Source: Leucoraja erinacea
Taxonomy: Eukaryota
Direction of reading: 5' to 3'
Length of the DNA: 64,000 nt
Assembly: GCF_028641065.1 (NCBI RefSeq)
Contig: NC_073379.1
Coordinates: forward strand, 65,410,001-65,474,000
Below are positions 23,655 through 37,115 of the stretch, in pieces; the first letter of the stretch is position 1; every line of letters starts with the position of its first letter. Under the pieces are notes generated by a model. The model did no database searches and was not told the DNA's origin. It saw nothing but the letters and a program-made list of their open reading frames with translations. A program made the translations under genes and the position numbers.

Positions 23655-24335
23655 ACCAATGTCGCAGCGGCCTCTGCAGTCCGTCTGTCTTTTTTTAAAA
23701 AACATTGGTCCCGTTGAGGGTATAGTTTGTAGTGGGGGGATGGGGTGGGTGGGGGAAACTATTAAATCTCTTCCCTGTACGGGGACCCGACCTTTCCCTG
23801 TCGGGTCTCCGTTGCCGTTGGGGCCTAGCGCCGTGGAGCGGCCTCCAACCGGAACGACAGCTCAAGTCACGGAGCCGGCGGAGCTGCGGACCTACCATCG
23901 TGGAGCAGGCCACCTTCAGAGCGTGGAGAGCTGTGATGGTGCGTTGCTGCAACCCGACTCCGGTGGATGGTGACACCGGGAGCTAGTGGGTCCCCGGTGA
24001 GAGACTGCTTCACGGAGCACCAGCAACGGTAACTTCTCCCGCCTGAATTGCGGGGTTGAAAGTGGCCTGGAGCGGGGCCTTACATCGCCCTGCACGGCTT
24101 AAACAGCCGCGGGACTTGCTAGCGCCCGCCGGGGGCTCCAACATCAAGACCGGCGCGGCTTTAAATGACCGCGGATTTGCTAGCGCCTACCGGGGGCTTT
24201 GACTTTGATTCACTGTGATGGATGTTTGTGTAAATTGTGTTGGTGTGTGTCTTGGTTCTTTTCTTGTATGACTGCAGAAACCAAATTTCGTTTGAACCTC
24301 ATGTGAGGTTCAAATGACAAATAAATGGTATTATA
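23655..24335 (+). mobile_element. CpG-rich non-autonomous retroelement
   Basis: Shares body (ggagcggcctccaac; ttctcccgcc.ga.ttgcggggttgaa; ggagcggggcctt) and tail (ctgcagaaac...tttcgttt...caaatgacaa) with 14222-15037. Confidence 0.75.
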
Positions 24336-24996
24336 GTAATATTTCAGAGATGCCAAGAGGAGTGATAAAAAAAATTGAAGAAGAAAACCTCCAAAAGATT
24401 GTTAAGGATCCCATTAATTAATGGCCAGCCAGTGGTAATATTTAAACAAATGAATTTGTATCATGAGGTAACATGAACGGTTGATGAAGAGAATTAAGTT
24501 AATGCCATCTATATGAACCTTTATTTAAAAAATGGTCAAAATCCAATATAAAAGCTTCCAACAATTTAGCCTAAAATCAGAAAATCAAATGGTAGATTCA
24601 GTGCTGGGACTATTTATTTTTTGGTCTTGTACATCAATGACTAGGAATTGAGTGCGCAGTGTAAAATTTTCAATTCAGCAGACACCACCAAACTAGAAGG
24701 CATGGCAATCATTGCAGAGGACAACATGGATAATGTAGCAGAATGAGCAGACAAATGACAGATGAAATATAGTTAAGTGACAATTATTTTTGTACATCCT
24801 TTGTACACCAGCACTGCATTTCCTTGTATCAAGTATTATATTTTGGTATGAAGAATCACGTACACAATTATCTTAATCTTGCCATTTGTACAATTCCTGT
24901 AGCCATAATGACTTTATGTGGCTCTGTGAAATTGTTGAACATTTAAATCCTGATTCCCCTGAGGCAGCGTGAGCAACGAGCAGCCATTAGGTCTCA

Positions 24997-25428
24997 TAGA
25001 AACATAGAAAATAGGTGCAGAAGTAGGCCATTCGGCCTTTCGTGCCAGCACCGCCATTCAATATGATCATGGCTGATCATCCAGAATCTGTACCCTATTC
25101 CTGCTTTAGCCCTAAGAGCTAACTCTAACTCTCTCTTGAAAACATCCAGTGAATTGGCCTCCACTGCCTTTTTGGAGATAATTCCACAGATTCACAACTC
25201 TCGGGTGAAAATGTTTTTCCTCATCTCAGTCCTAAATGACCTACCTCTTATTCCTAAACTGTGACCCCTGGTTCTGGACTTCACCAACATCAGGAACATT
25301 GTTCCTGCATCTAGCCTGTCCAATCCCTTAAGAATTGTATATGGTTCTATGAGATCCCCTGTCATCCTTCTAAATTCCAGTGAATATAAGCCCAGTCGAC
25401 CTATTCTTTCGTCATATGTCAGTCCCGC
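24997..25428 (-). mobile_element. CR1-type LINE 3' portion
   Basis: tagaaacatagaaaataggtgcag tail, then reverse complement of the CR1 ORF2 end seen at 20612-21362 and 30276-30872. Confidence 0.9.
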
Positions 25429-27962
25429 TGGTCTTAGGTGGAGAAGCTCAATCCTCGCACGTCTAAAATGCCTTTTAACAGGTCGCCGCTAGCCATGGAA
25501 TTTTTAACTCTTAAATCTCACTGATGTACGGAGACTTTTAAAATAGTTTAAAAGGTATATTTAAATTTAAAAACAGGTTTAGAAATATACTTGTTAAAAA
25601 TAACAAATTAGATATTAATTTAAATATAAATTTAAAAAAAAACATTTGCTTTTTATTTATGGATAGGATCATGCTAAGTTACCAGATGTAAAGTACGTTC
25701 AGTCTCTAAGCTCAGCGCATCAGGGATCTTCGTGACAAATTCAGCAGAAGGTGAGGATGCATTCCAGCTACACTAACATTTGCTCCCTTGTGGATTTAGA
25801 GGTACAGCACCAACTTAATGCAGCCTGATTCCTCAATATAATGAGAAATCTGCAGGCTGTATATTGACTTCATTCATTTCAGTGGAGAGGATGAAACCAA
25901 GAGGGAGATTTGAAAAGTTTCAGGAAATTTATATTTTTTAACTAAAAGTTTTGTTTTGTATTAATCTCTTTCAAACTATATTTCAGTTTTATTTTTAATA
26001 TTTTAATAACTTTTAAATAGGACAACTAATTGTAATAGTTTTTATTTAATTAAATCTGAACCAAGAAAATTAAAGAGATCAGCAAAAATCATCACAACTC
26101 ATCCAATGGGGCCAGATTACACAATCTTTTGCAAGACTCCAATAATCTGGGATCTGATTGTTTGGATATTCTGACGGTCTGACATCTGGCTCACTCATTA
26201 CTCCAGAATGTGTAGCAGGGGGCCAGAGAGCAAGTGGATGAGAATGAATTCCAAATGCCTTTCAACGTTGAATCCCACTTGGGTCTTGCAGCGTCTCAAC
26301 AGTCACACCGAGAAATATGCAGGCTAAACACCGACTTCAGTCGACTGAGAGGCCGACATCACACTTTGGGCTGGATGTGCCTTTGGAGCTGTAGTTGAGA
26401 TTGGGAACACTGGAGGTCAGGACAGTGGATAGGTTTGCAGCTGGAGCCATTATTTGGACAGCTTATGTAATTTCCCCTCCCTTTAAACTCATTGGATTCA
26501 CTGGATTACCATTGTGTAACATATAACAAATGTGAAATAAAAGCGTTTGGGTAGGAGTAAAATACAATCCTAACAGAAATCTACGAATCCAGCACTATCT
26601 GTTGGAGTGGACAGTCCACTACAGAGAGAATCAGATCCAAACTGCCCAAGGTTTCAAGGATCAAAGTAAAGGGCAAAAGGATCTGGGGATCGTGAGGAAA
26701 ATTGCTTATGTAGAATAATTGTGATTAGGAATTCACTGCCTGAAAGATGATCAGGGTTATCTTAAGGTAAAACTAATTTTCAGAGTTATAGAGAAAGCAC
26801 AATGGAAGCAAGACTAAGTTACTCTATGAAAAGCAGACATGGGCTTGATGAGCCAAATGGCTTGCAGTACGATCTCAAATGATCATATATCTGATTTTTT
26901 TTTTTGACATCTTACTGCGTGCAAAATAGCTGGCAACTCTGATTAATAACTGTGACTCCACAAGTTATTTTAATGATAGCTTTAGCTCACACTGAGAATG
27001 TGATCTGATGTTTGCAAATATAAGTTCCTTCATTTGATCATGGACATTCTTCCATTCGCCAGAATACCAATGAACTTTAGCCTGTGATGTATATTTTAAT
27101 GAAATGGCTTTCATTTTAACAAAATTGGTCAATAACTGCTTCCACTTAAACAGCTTGATGTTCAAACAATAACACAAGCTGTGGTCAATTTTCTGGTCAC
27201 TAATTATAAAACTTGATTGAATATGTCCATGTATCAACACTCAGAAACATAGGGAGTAACATTTTCCATGACGTGGACATGGTTTTCTGCTCTTCATTGC
27301 AACTACTGACAGAAGTAAAATAAAAATCTATTTCTCCCACTTGAGTTAACTAGAAAACATGGGAAACTAAACAAGAACTGCATTTCTGCACAACCATCAT
27401 GTTTTTGTAAAATTTAATTACATCTTAAGATGCATTATGAAGTCTAACAGGATTCAGCAGCAATAAGATTCAGTTTCTATGTTATCTCATAGTCATACAG
27501 CTTGGAACCAGGCCAATTTGCACACTGCCAAAACATTCATTTACAGTAATCCCATTTTACTCTCTACACATTCCCATCAGATTGCCCACATTTTACTGTT
27601 CTAGTAGCAATGTACAGTGGCCATTTAACCTAGGAAATTGTTCAATTTTGGTGAGTGGAGGGAATCTCACGAGGGAGGATGTGCAAACTGGACTTAGACA
27701 GAACCAAAGGTCTAGACTGCACTCAGATGGCTAGAGCTGTGAAGGTGCAGCAAAACTAATTGCATCACTGTGCCAGCCCATATCTTGGGTATTTCCAGAG
27801 CCAATGGCAACAGAATAAATTAAACCCCACTTTTAATACATGGGACTATTTTCTACAGAAATCCTTGCTTTATTCCACTATTTCAAGAAAACTGTTGAAC
27901 AATGGCATTGTCCATCAACAAATCTGTTGCATTGGCTGTCCATTTATGAGATTGCTTAACAA

Positions 27963-28280
27963 GGGGCATTACAGTGGCGCAGTGGAAGAGCTGCTATCTC
28001 ACAGCGCCAGTGACCTGTGTTCAAACCTATCTATGAGTGCTGTCTGTGTAGAGTTTGGAGGTTCTCCTTGTGACCATGTGGGTTTTTTCCAGGTGCTCTG
28101 GTTCCTCCCACATCACAAAGACGTGCAGGTTTGTAAGTTAATTGGCTAATTGGTAAATTGCCCTTAGCATGTATGGTACAAAAGTGGGATAACGTAGAAC
28201 TCGTGTACGGGTGATCGATGGGAGTGGACTCTGTGGTCTGAAGGGCCCATTCTAATGTGGTATCTCTCAATTAAACTAAA
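27963..28280 (+). mobile_element. tRNA-derived SINE
   Basis: A box TGGCGCAGTGG, degenerate B box, same core and tail as 6928-7243. Confidence 0.85.
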
Positions 28281-28471
28281 GGGAATTTAACAATTCCCTG
28301 CATTACAATTGCGGCTGTATTTCAGTAGCGGCTGTGAAGCTCATCGGGATGTCCTGTGGCCATTACTACCTCTATAAAAATGTAAGTTCCTTTTTTCTTT
28401 GGTGTCATAAAAACTAATCTTAGGAGCAAGGCAAGGGAAATTCAATCAAGCCAATTACATACAAAAGGTAA

Positions 28472-28735
28472 TTTGAAGTTTAGGGGTAACATGAGGGGGA
28501 ACTTCTTTACTCAGAGAGTAGTAGCTGTGTGGAATGAGTTTCCAGTGGAAGTTGTGGAGGCAGGTTCGATTTTATCATTTAAAAATAAATTGGATAGGTA
28601 TATGGACGGGAAAGGAATGGAGGGTTATGGTCTGAGTGCAGGTAGATGGGACCAGGAGAGAATAAGTGTTCAGCACGGACTTGCAGGGCTGAGATGGCCT
28701 GTTTCCGTACTGTAATTATTGTATGGTTATATGGT
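28472..28735 (+). mobile_element. CR1-type LINE 3' end (second subfamily)
   Basis: Encodes KFRGNMRGNFFTQRVVAVWNEFPVEVVEAGSILSFKNKLDRYMD; tail (ggttatat)n. Confidence 0.88.
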
Positions 28736-29587
28736 TGAAGGGTCACAAATTAAGTAAAATTTGATTTTGTCTAGACCTTGCTAGCATTTGGAAAACACAC
28801 CTCAGTTGTGATCCAACAAACCACTGTATGGAATGTGCTATAAAGCATTTATTTTAAAATTAATGTCACATAGTGCAACTGATATTATCTGAAATTCTTA
28901 GCCAAACTCAGCTTGACGAATGTTGCTCAAAGCATGAAAGGATGCTTTCTAACTTGCTTAGGCAAGATTATTTAAAACTTACTAAAGTATCTTAATGTGT
29001 CTAAATCTATCCTGTGAGACGAATCAGTAATAGATACATATGTACATACTTCCAATGGATACCTGCAAAAGCAGCTGTATTTAACATTCATTTACAAATA
29101 ACAAATATTTATACGTCAGTGCAGATCTTCTGCTGAGCAGCCAAGCCCATAACTCGGTTGGACAGTAGAACAACCTGAACAGCGTGGGCTTCTGCTCAGG
29201 AGAGCATTGGCCCCAAGACATAAATAGTGCACTGGTAGACTCATGGAGCCCAAAGAATCTCCGCCAAGTTTGCAGTTTCCAGGTCTCGGGCTGGGAATTC
29301 TGCCCATTGAGTCTATGCCAGATTAAACCTGGCATTAAAACAAATAGGAGAAATCAGCTGCCAGCAGAGAGGAGAGATTATTATTTGATTCAATTAAAAT
29401 GAAGTATTTTAAAATTAATTTTCAACACCATGTGTGTATGCACACATGTATTTCAATACTTTAAATTTATGTTTTCAACATTTATAAAGCAGCTCAAATA
29501 CCTTTTCATACACCCAATAACAAGTTTTAACACCCAATGAACCTGGTGGCAGAGTCTCAATTACTACCAATGCCATCAGTAGGTTAA

Positions 29588-29801
29588 TGCCCCTGTCCCA
29601 CTTAGGAAACCTCTGGAGACTTTGCGCCCCACCCAAGGTTTCCGTGCAGTTCCCGGAGGTTGCAGGTGGTTGCCGGAGGTTGCAGGTAGTGGAAGCAGGT
29701 AGGGAGACTGACAAAAACCTCCGGGAACCGCACGGAAACCTTGGGTGGGGTGCAAAGTCTCCAGAGGTTTCCGTTCAGGTTTCCTAAGTGGGACAGGGGC
29801 A
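29588..29801. mobile_element. Palindromic PIF/Harbinger-like MITE
   Basis: TIRs TGCCCCTGTCCCACTTAGGAAACC / GGTTTCCTAAGTGGGACAGGGGCA, TAA on both sides, and long internal inverted arms. Confidence 0.85.
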
Positions 29802-29803
29802 TA

Positions 29804-30964
29804 AGGGGTTGTCCCACTGAGGCGACCTAATTGGCGAGTTTAGAAGAGTTTAGGAGAGTTTGAAAAAGTGTCCTATTGATGACCTCCTTTGGCTATGTGG
29901 AAGACCACCTTCGACCTCCTTCGACTATGTTGAAGACTAGCTTCGACTAGCTTTGGGAAAATTGGACCAAATAATGGAGAGTGAAGATGACCTCCTTCGA
30001 TCTCCCTTCGACTATGTTGAAGACTATCTATGACTATCTTCAACTACCTTTGATTGCCTACGACTACCCTCGATTACTTACGAAAAACATGCCGACATAC
30101 TATGATCTACCTCGACTAAACCTACGAGTAAGCATAAATATCGATTTTTTCCATGGCGACCTTTTTTTACTCGCGGGCATTTTTCAGCATGTTAAAAAAT
30201 ACGCCGCAATCTAGCTGAGGCCTCGAGTAAGCGGGGACTACTCTTGAGCATGAAGGAGAGTTACAAAGACCTCCTAGGATTTGAGTATAGGAGCAGGGAG
30301 GTTCTACTGCAGTTGTACAGGGTATTGGTGAGACCACACCTGGAGTATTGTGTACAGTTTTGGTCTCCAAATCTGAGGAAAGACATTCTTACAGAGAAGG
30401 TTCACCAGACTGATTCCTGGGATGTCAGGACTTTCGTATGAAGAAAGACTGGATAGACTCGGCTTGTACTCGCTAGAATTTAGAAGATTGAGGGAGGGAT
30501 CTTATAGAAACGTACCAAATTCTTAGGGGGTTGGACAGGCTAGATGCAGGAAGATTGTTTCCGATGTTGGGGAAGTCCAGGACAAGGGGTCACAGTTTAA
30601 GGATAAGGGGGAAATCCTTTAGGACCGAGATGAGAAAAACATTTTTCACACAGAGAGTGGTGTGTCTCTGGAACTCCCTGCCACAGAAGGTAGTTGAGGC
30701 CAGTTCATTGGCTATATTTAAGAGGGAGTTAGATGTGGCCCTTGTGACTAAAGGGATCAGGGGGTATGGAGAGAAGGCAGGTACAGGATACTGAGATGGA
30801 TGATCAGCCATGATCATATTGAATGGCGGTGCAGGCTCGAAGGGCCGAATGGCCTACTCCTGCAACTATTTTTCAATGACCTCGTGTCAAACATGCTGCG
30901 AGTATGAGTCGAGGGCAAACTCTTGTGAACTCGCGGGTTAGGTCGCCGTAGAGGGTCAGCCCCT
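29804..30964. mobile_element. Harbinger-like non-autonomous DNA transposon carrying a CR1 insertion
   Basis: Imperfect TIRs AGGGGTTGTCCCACTGAGGCGACCTAA / TTAGGTCGCCGTAGAGGGTCAGCCCCT followed by TTA; internal gacctccttcgactatg repeats. Confidence 0.7.
30276..30872 (+). mobile_element. CR1-type LINE 3' portion
   Basis: Encodes [31 protein letters not shown] and SRTRGHSLRIRGKSFRTEMRKTFFTQRVVCLWNSLPQ. Confidence 0.92.
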
Positions 30965-32239
30965 TTAGGTATTACACTGAGTGAGCCCCGATGTAGACCA
31001 ATGCTGACTGGATCTTAACAATGAGCTGAAATTCAGGAACATTGCACCTGGAACATGGCACAAGAAACAATCTGATACAAGTGCAGGCAGCCAGTGTTCA
31101 TGGAATACGATCATCTTCCCCATTATATACATCCATTTAATTTGATCAGTACCCAGATATACATTTGTTGCCCTGCATTATTTCAGTCTATTTCAAGCAA
31201 ATTAGGCTTGTTTTTTTTTGTTTTTTATATAGGGTCCAAGTTGATCAATGACCTGCTGGCATCCTTCAATTCCTGATTGGAGTCATGAAAAACAATTGGC
31301 TAAAGATGTTTTGAAAGGTAAAAAATATATATTTTTAGCTGGGTAAGAATGCATTGGAGACACAAGAGTCTGATGGATCTTTCCATGATGCTTGGTTGCA
31401 CAATGGACTAAGAAAAAAGAAAGCTCACGTTTAAATGTAAAGCTCAGTAGACCTGGAAGAGGAGCACAATTTCAGTATTAAGAACGACAAACAAAATTAG
31501 GGATACATATGCTATAAAGGTATTGTAAATCCTATAAAACTGCAAGAGGTTTATCTAGCAGTTAGGTTAGGAATATGAATATGCTAAGAGTATTCATCCA
31601 AAAGTCGTTGATTCACTGTTCATCGAAGTAAGGGAGAAATTGGGGAAAAACTGAAATATTATTTGAAAGATTCTTTGAAAAAAACAGGGAACAATCTCAT
31701 TAATGACTTAACTAATTGCACCAGTAGGTGAACTTGGTTCATTAAATCATGTTTAACGTTATTGTATTTTTAAATGCAATACGTTGTATTATGGAACACT
31801 ATTATGGTTGCACTTTGTACAAAAGACTAGAAAATCTGGTGGGAATGCAAAGTAACAATGGTATTTTACAGTAAACTGTTACTTTTTATATTTTGATATC
31901 TCATTGAAGTCTTGCCTCAATCAATAAACTCTAACTCAAACAAAATGGATTTAAGCCCCTTCAGAAACATGTCAAAACTGCAAATGCAGGATATCTGAAA
32001 TAATGACAGAAAATGTGAGAAATACACAGTAGTTCAGGCTGCGGATTAGTCAGGATGCTCCCTGGCCCGCTGAATAGATGAATTTGTTTATTGTAGGAAC
32101 ATGAGCTAATGTATCAGTGTAGTGATTGCTAAAGAGAAGACATTAAAGCGAGTCTAATATCTTCCCGCTTGGTAAAATGTAAAAGGGTCTGTGGCAATGG
32201 AAAATAGTACAAGAGGGTACTCTTGTTTAATGGATGTTT

Positions 32240-32415
32240 AAGAAGGAACTGCAGATGCTGGAAAAATTGATGTTAGACAAAAAAGCTGGAGAAACTCAGC
32301 TGGTGAGGCAGCATCTATGGAGCAAAGGAAATAGGCGACGTTTAGTGTTGCGTATTCCTTCGCTCCATGGATGCTGCCTCACCCGCTGAGTTTCTCCAGC
32401 TTTGTCTGCCTTCCT
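32240..32415. mobile_element. Penelope-derived inverted-repeat module
   Basis: Arms agacaaaaaagctggagaaactcagc..gtgaggcagcatctatggagc and gctccatggatgctgcctcacccgctgagtttctccagctttgtct. Confidence 0.7.
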
Positions 32416-33319
32416 GTTTATTGGATAACACTTTTCCCCTCATAAATATCTGGCTCTGGAAAACATTGCTCAGATATTTTCCAGATCCATATAATGGGGA
32501 AAGGCCAGTGACATGAAATGTCAACTTTGTTTTTCTCTCCACAGATGCCGCTTACCTGCAGAATTTCTCCAGCGCTTTCTGCTTTTATTTCAGATTGACA
32601 GAACCTGCAGTATTTTTGTTTGTGGTTCACTCTCTATGCCACAACCAAACTGTTGCAATGGTGTGTAGGAACTGTAACATGCTCTGCACCATTTCACCAC
32701 AGCGTCTTTGATAGGACCTTCTAAACCCACAATATCTACCATCAGCTGAGCAAGGGCAGAAGGTACATGGAAATACTGTCACTTGCATGTTTTTTTTCAA
32801 ACCACACATCATTCCGACATACAAATATTTTGCCATCCTCTAACCGATTTGGGAGCTCCCTAGAATACCTCCACCAGAAGGCTAGTTTAAGACAGATGCT
32901 CACCTACATTTTGGAGGGAAGTTAGAGATGGGTCAGTTCTTATTAATTTAAGATCTCGAAAACAAAAATGTTTTCTGGACATTTATCTTCATAGCGAGAT
33001 TGCTTTGTTATTTTCATACAATAGTCACAATGCTTAAAAAGTGATAAATTGCATTTATCATGCTTTGAGACATAAAAAGAGATGCCATTGTTATATATTC
33101 TGTACGTACTAATAAAAACAGATGCCATTGTTATATATTCTGTACGTACTAATGATATTATAGATTTTTACCTTTCTAGCTATGGAGATGTATGGCAAAT
33201 TAAAAGCTTTTAATTGCTGGCCTGATTGAGATGGGGCAACTCAGCCCAGAGCAAGGATCAGGGGCATTATGGTTTGCCTGACTTTACACAGCTTAACGTG
33301 GGTTTATCCAACATCCGTA

Positions 33320-34011
33320 TATATATTTTCTAAAATCAATATAAAACGCAAACAGGAAGTGGTCAAGATTAAACTTTTAATTATATAGAGGGCAAGGCGA
33401 CTTTAATTAGGCAATCGACTTTAATTGGGCAAGGCAACTTTAATTGGGCAAGGCAACTTTAATTGGGCAAGTCAACTTTAATTGGGCAAGGCAACTTTAA
33501 TTGGGCAACACAGCTTTGGCATTTCCAAACCAAAGGCAACACAGCTTTAGCATTTCCAAACCAAAGGCAACACATCTTTAGCATTTCCAAACCAAAGGCA
33601 ACACAGCTTTAGCATTTCCAAACTATATTTTCAAACCACATTAAGGGCACCGACAGGTCAGTAAATCCACTCACAGTCTAGTAGACATGTGTTCGGTGTT
33701 ATTCACAGCTCAGACTAAGAGACGTGACCCTCTCGTTCCCCCCATCTTGCAGAGACTGATTGAGGCACTCAACACTTCTGGGTTTTATAGACCCTCCCGA
33801 AGGGGCGTGGCCTTTAGGAGAGAGAATCTCACCATTTTTTAAACACTAATAACGCTTTTATTTTTCATCGATGGGAAAAATCCTCTTGTCCTGCGCAGTG
33901 GAGGGGGGACTCTGAGTAAGATGGCCAAAAATCACAGTGGCAGCGTTTTTTTCTAAAATCAATATACAGAACAACAGGAAGTGATCAAGATCAGACTTTT
34001 AATAATATAGA
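33320..34011 (-). mobile_element. 3'-truncated non-autonomous Helitron (family of 39107-40626) with 19-bp and 31-bp minisatellites
   Basis: Minus strand starts A|TCTATATTATTAAAAGTCTGATCTTG and is colinear with 39107-39940. Arrays of gggcaaggcaactttaatt (~33390-33508) and cagctttagcatttccaaaccaaaggcaaca (~33510-33623). Confidence 0.85.
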
Positions 34012-34889
34012 TATATGGGTAATAATATTTATTTATTTGGTAGGGGCCATAAGAGCACTCAGGACCAGGGATACAAGTTGATATTTGCTCTTCTAATTTA
34101 ATTCAGCAGAGGCATCAGATTGAATTTAACAAAACTAATGTATTTATATTTAAGAATTATGTGTACCACATGGTATGACATTTGCTAAAATATTGTCACA
34201 GCAACCACTGTTACTCGAGAGTTATCATCCTTCAATACTAGATGTTTGTTTCGATGTCCACCATTGTCATTACCCTATTAAACAGACATGCAAAAGTCAG
34301 CGGAAGCAGCATTTATTTTGTTTATACTGCCAGAGTTCATGGTTTTCTTATTCTCATTAAGTCAACTAAGGAATAATATTCGGGACTTTGTATAACATTC
34401 TGAGAAGTATTCTTATATTCAACAAATAGTGAACCTCGGAAGAAACTGACCTAATTTCCTGTGCAATGTTCAAAAAGGATTTTATCCTGACTGTCTGCAA
34501 CTGATATAGAAATTGAAAAGCAGATCAGAGCCAGCAATGCCAGTCAAATTTCTAGTGTGGCACACAATTTATTTTGGTTTTGATCATAATCTCATGCTAT
34601 TTTGGAAATAATCATATTTCAGATTATTGGAATTGCAGAATCTATAACTCCAACATAATGCAGAAATGTCCTTTCTCCACTCATTTTACTATGTTGCTTT
34701 TTATGCCGAAGATATGATGATTTTTGCAACTGAAAATATTTTGGTGATGCAGAATTGAGGTGCTGCTTTTCTTTTATTTTGGTTTAATTTGTCATTTAGA
34801 ACACTTCAGAATGCCATCACAGGACAGATGAATTTTATCTGGAAATAATTAGTCACAACCTATGCTTACTTTTCATATCACTTTTCAAA

Positions 34890-34990
34890 CATCAGTCTGA
34901 AGAAGTGTCTCAACGCAAAACATCACCCATCCCTTCTCTCCAGATATGCTGCCTGACCCGCCGAGTTACTCCAACATTTTGCGTCTACCC
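34890..34990 (+). mobile_element. Penelope terminal-repeat fragment
   Basis: catcagtctgaagaagtgtctcaacgcaaaacatcacccatcccttctctccaga..tgctgcctgacccg. Confidence 0.75.
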
Positions 34991-36324
34991 CCACTTTCCA
35001 TACCATACCATATCCATATACCAACATCAAAGAAACACTCCATAGAAACTACCATAACATTAAGTACTGCACGGCTTTTTTCCTTTTCTGTATTTCCAAA
35101 TAAAACAAATTCAATCTTAGTTAAAAAGAATGGCTGTAATTCAATGTCCATGATAAGCAGGTCAAATAACATTTTTTAAGTTCTTTGAAGGTGACAGAGT
35201 TGACTGTTGAAGGTACTCTTACAGGATAAGTCTATCTTGATTTTCCAGATTATTTGACGTGAGACCGGTAACTAAAATGAGGGATTGTGCTCTAACAATG
35301 GGAGACCAAGATGACGTATTGTAACTCTAATTGCAGTTCAACTTGGACCAATGCCTACTCTTGTGGTGAAAAGTATTTTAAAATGATCTTAGCCAATGTA
35401 ATAATTGTATAGTCTTTACAGCAGACGTCTGAATTTACAGGCAAATGCAAAAGGGATGGAATTCACAGCCCATTTTATGCTCTGCACTTAATGGAAATAA
35501 AGAAAATTATGGTAAGTGGGTGATTGATTTAACACTATACATTTTACGATCCCACGCATGATCAATTTCATGCACAATATTTTTTTAGGAAGAGGAAAGT
35601 TAAATGAGATTTACAGAAGTTTAGCATCTGGAGAGACAAATTTGAACTTTTCAGTTCTGGCCTTTCTTACGTTTCCTTTCCCAATCATTGTATCCTCTTC
35701 CAGTCCTACAAACCTTCCTGAAAATCACTCACTTCCGAACTTAGTATTGTATGCACTCCTGTTTTCTATTATTTGTGGCTGTGCCCGTGGCAATCTACGT
35801 TCTAATCTCTGGGATATCCTTGTCTCTTCCTTGAAATATTCCTTATACCTTTCTCATTGAATTGCAGTACTGATTGGGGATGATCAGCCATGATCACATT
35901 GAATGGCGATGCTGGATCGAAGAGCCGAATGGCCTACTCCTGCACCAATTGTCTTTTGTCTATTGAACATGCATTTAATTACATGTACCATTATGCCCTT
36001 GAATAATTCAGTCATTTTTGTCTGATATATTCTTGAAGTGATTTGGATTGAATTCTGTGGTGGATGTTTGTGTTAAATTTTTATTGTGTATTGTGTGTTC
36101 TTTTTCATTGTACCGCTGCTGGCAAATTCATTTCACTTGCACTTTATATGCAAGTGACGAATAAAACTGATTGTATTATATTGTATTGATTGTTGTGTCC
36201 TTTTGGGTTGAGACCTTTCTTCTGACAGTCAGGGGAGGGGGAGACAAGAGATATGGTAGGGTAAGGTGTAAAAATGACAGATCAAAGCAGACAATGCACC
36301 ATTATAGATCAATTATATCTGCAT

Positions 36325-37115
36325 CTATTATAAGCCTAATGACTCCCACAGCTATCTAGACTACACTTCTTCCCACCGTCTCCTGTAAAGACTCTGTCCC
36401 TTACTCCCAATTCCTCCGTTTACGCCACATCTGCACCCAAGATGATGTGTCCTCATTCTTTAGGGAATGGGGGATTCTCCTCTTCCATCATAGATGAGGC
36501 CCTCACACAGGTCTCCTCGGTACCCCGCAGCTCCGCCCATGCTCCCCCTCCCCCTAGTCGCAACAGGGACAGAGTTCCAGAAAGGTGACTGGAAAATTGA
36601 GTCACCTTTCATCCCATCAGCCGTCGCATACAACAAATAATCCTCCATCATTTTTGCCACCTCCAACAGGATCACACTACGCCACATCCTCTCATCTTCA
36701 CCTCTTTCTGCAGAGACCGCTCCCTCCTCAACTCCCTGGTTAACTCATCCCTTCCCATCTAAACCATCCCCTTCCCAGGTACTTTCCACTGCAACAGCAG
36801 GCGATGCAACACCTGTCGCTATACCTCCCCCCTTGACTCCATCCAAGGACCCCAAAAGTCCTTTCAGGTGAGGCAGAGGTTCAATTGCACTTCCTCCAAC
36901 CTCTTCAACTGTACCCGTTATTCCAGATGTGGATTCCTATATATTGGCAAGACCAATATTCGGTTTAGGCTCGGTGATCGTTTCACTGAACCATTCCGTT
37001 CAGTACGCATCCTGATTGCTAAAGACTTTAACTCACCTTCCAATTCCCATACCGATCTTTCTGTCCTGGGCCTCCTCCACTGTCGAAGTGTGGCCCAACG
37101 CAAATTGGAGAACAT
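36325..37115 (+). mobile_element. Penelope-like element 3' part (degenerate GIY-YIG endonuclease)
   Basis: Colinear with 48530-49335; encodes RCGFLYIGKTN...RLGDRF. Confidence 0.85.

Noticed and set aside
33390-33625. Regular short repeats superficially like a CRISPR array (also 39505-39892)
   Set aside because: Units are contiguous with no unique spacers, there are no cas genes, and the context is a vertebrate intron.
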